The notes below the pieces were generated by a model, which saw only the letters and a list, made by a program, of their open reading frames with translations, searched no databases and was not told where the DNA came from. This document shows, piece after piece, positions 63,940-64,000 of a stretch of DNA of 64,000 bases (position 1 is its first letter; each line of letters begins with the position of its first letter). The stretch covers positions 239,229 to 303,228 of the forward strand of contig CAVYYI010000005.1 in assembly GCA_963772725.1 (NCBI GenBank), read 5' to 3'. Position numbers and translations under genes: made by a program. The stretch comes from an uncultured Phycisphaerales bacterium (GTDB lineage: Bacteria > Planctomycetota > Phycisphaerae > Sedimentisphaerales > Anaerobacaceae).

Positions 63940-64000
63940 GTCATTGCGAGGAGTGAAACGATGAAGCGATCTTCTTTAATTACTTCAAAAATGAGACTGC
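63940..64000. repeat. REP-like element, cut by the window end
   Basis: GTCATTGCGAGGAGTGAAACGATGAAGCGATC, with GAGACTGC at the end beginning a partner arm. Confidence 0.55.

Larger units (their letters stand above)
34010..64000. mobile_element. Probable genomic island for fucose/glycoside utilisation; right end not seen
   Basis: Abrupt AT-rich shift after the tRNA, integrase plus excisionase-like gene, four complete IS and several remnants, only accessory genes. Confidence 0.7.

Overview
Bacterial chromosome window, most likely from a planctomycete of the Phycisphaerae/Sedimentisphaerales type. This is an inference from the prepilin-type '[14 protein letters not shown]' protein, the HEAT-DUF1080 fusion, the Tat-exported Gfo/Idh/MocA proteins and the CCA-less tRNAs. 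Positions 1-33.9 kb are mostly housekeeping: larE-like, tRNA-Thr, an EF-G paralog, an ECF sigma factor with a membrane partner, tRNA-Arg(CCT), an amino-acid symporter, mfd, aconitase, a UDP-sugar pyrophosphorylase, dxs, nadK, a DinG helicase and tRNA-Arg(TCT). A small glycan cluster (GH2, GH29, FAD oxidoreductase, AraC) is inserted at 20-27 kb. From 34.1 kb to the end there is an IS-rich accessory island headed by a tyrosine integrase and an excisionase-like gene. It carries fucU, GH95 and GH29 fucosidases, a HEAT-DUF1080 protein, four Gfo/Idh/MocA genes, a TIM-barrel isomerase, a DUF4432-type epimerase and an IS-disrupted DeoR regulator. Single-base frameshifts in conserved genes (mfd, dinG, the symporter) suggest long-read indel errors. 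The best candidate for something new is the pair of in-frame ORFs 6864-7358 and 7398-8210, separated only by one TGA in an F-G-[UGA]-G-G-S-C context and followed by a SECIS-like hairpin, which would make a single secreted, membrane-anchored selenoprotein. Other notable signals: a three-copy 21-bp-period AraC-type operator linking the two glycan loci, an origin-like inverted GTCCT array beside tRNA-Thr, a 331-bp promoter-bearing inverted repeat bracketing 6.6 kb, and an island lying on the 5' side of its tRNA. All family names come from motif recognition, not database searches.
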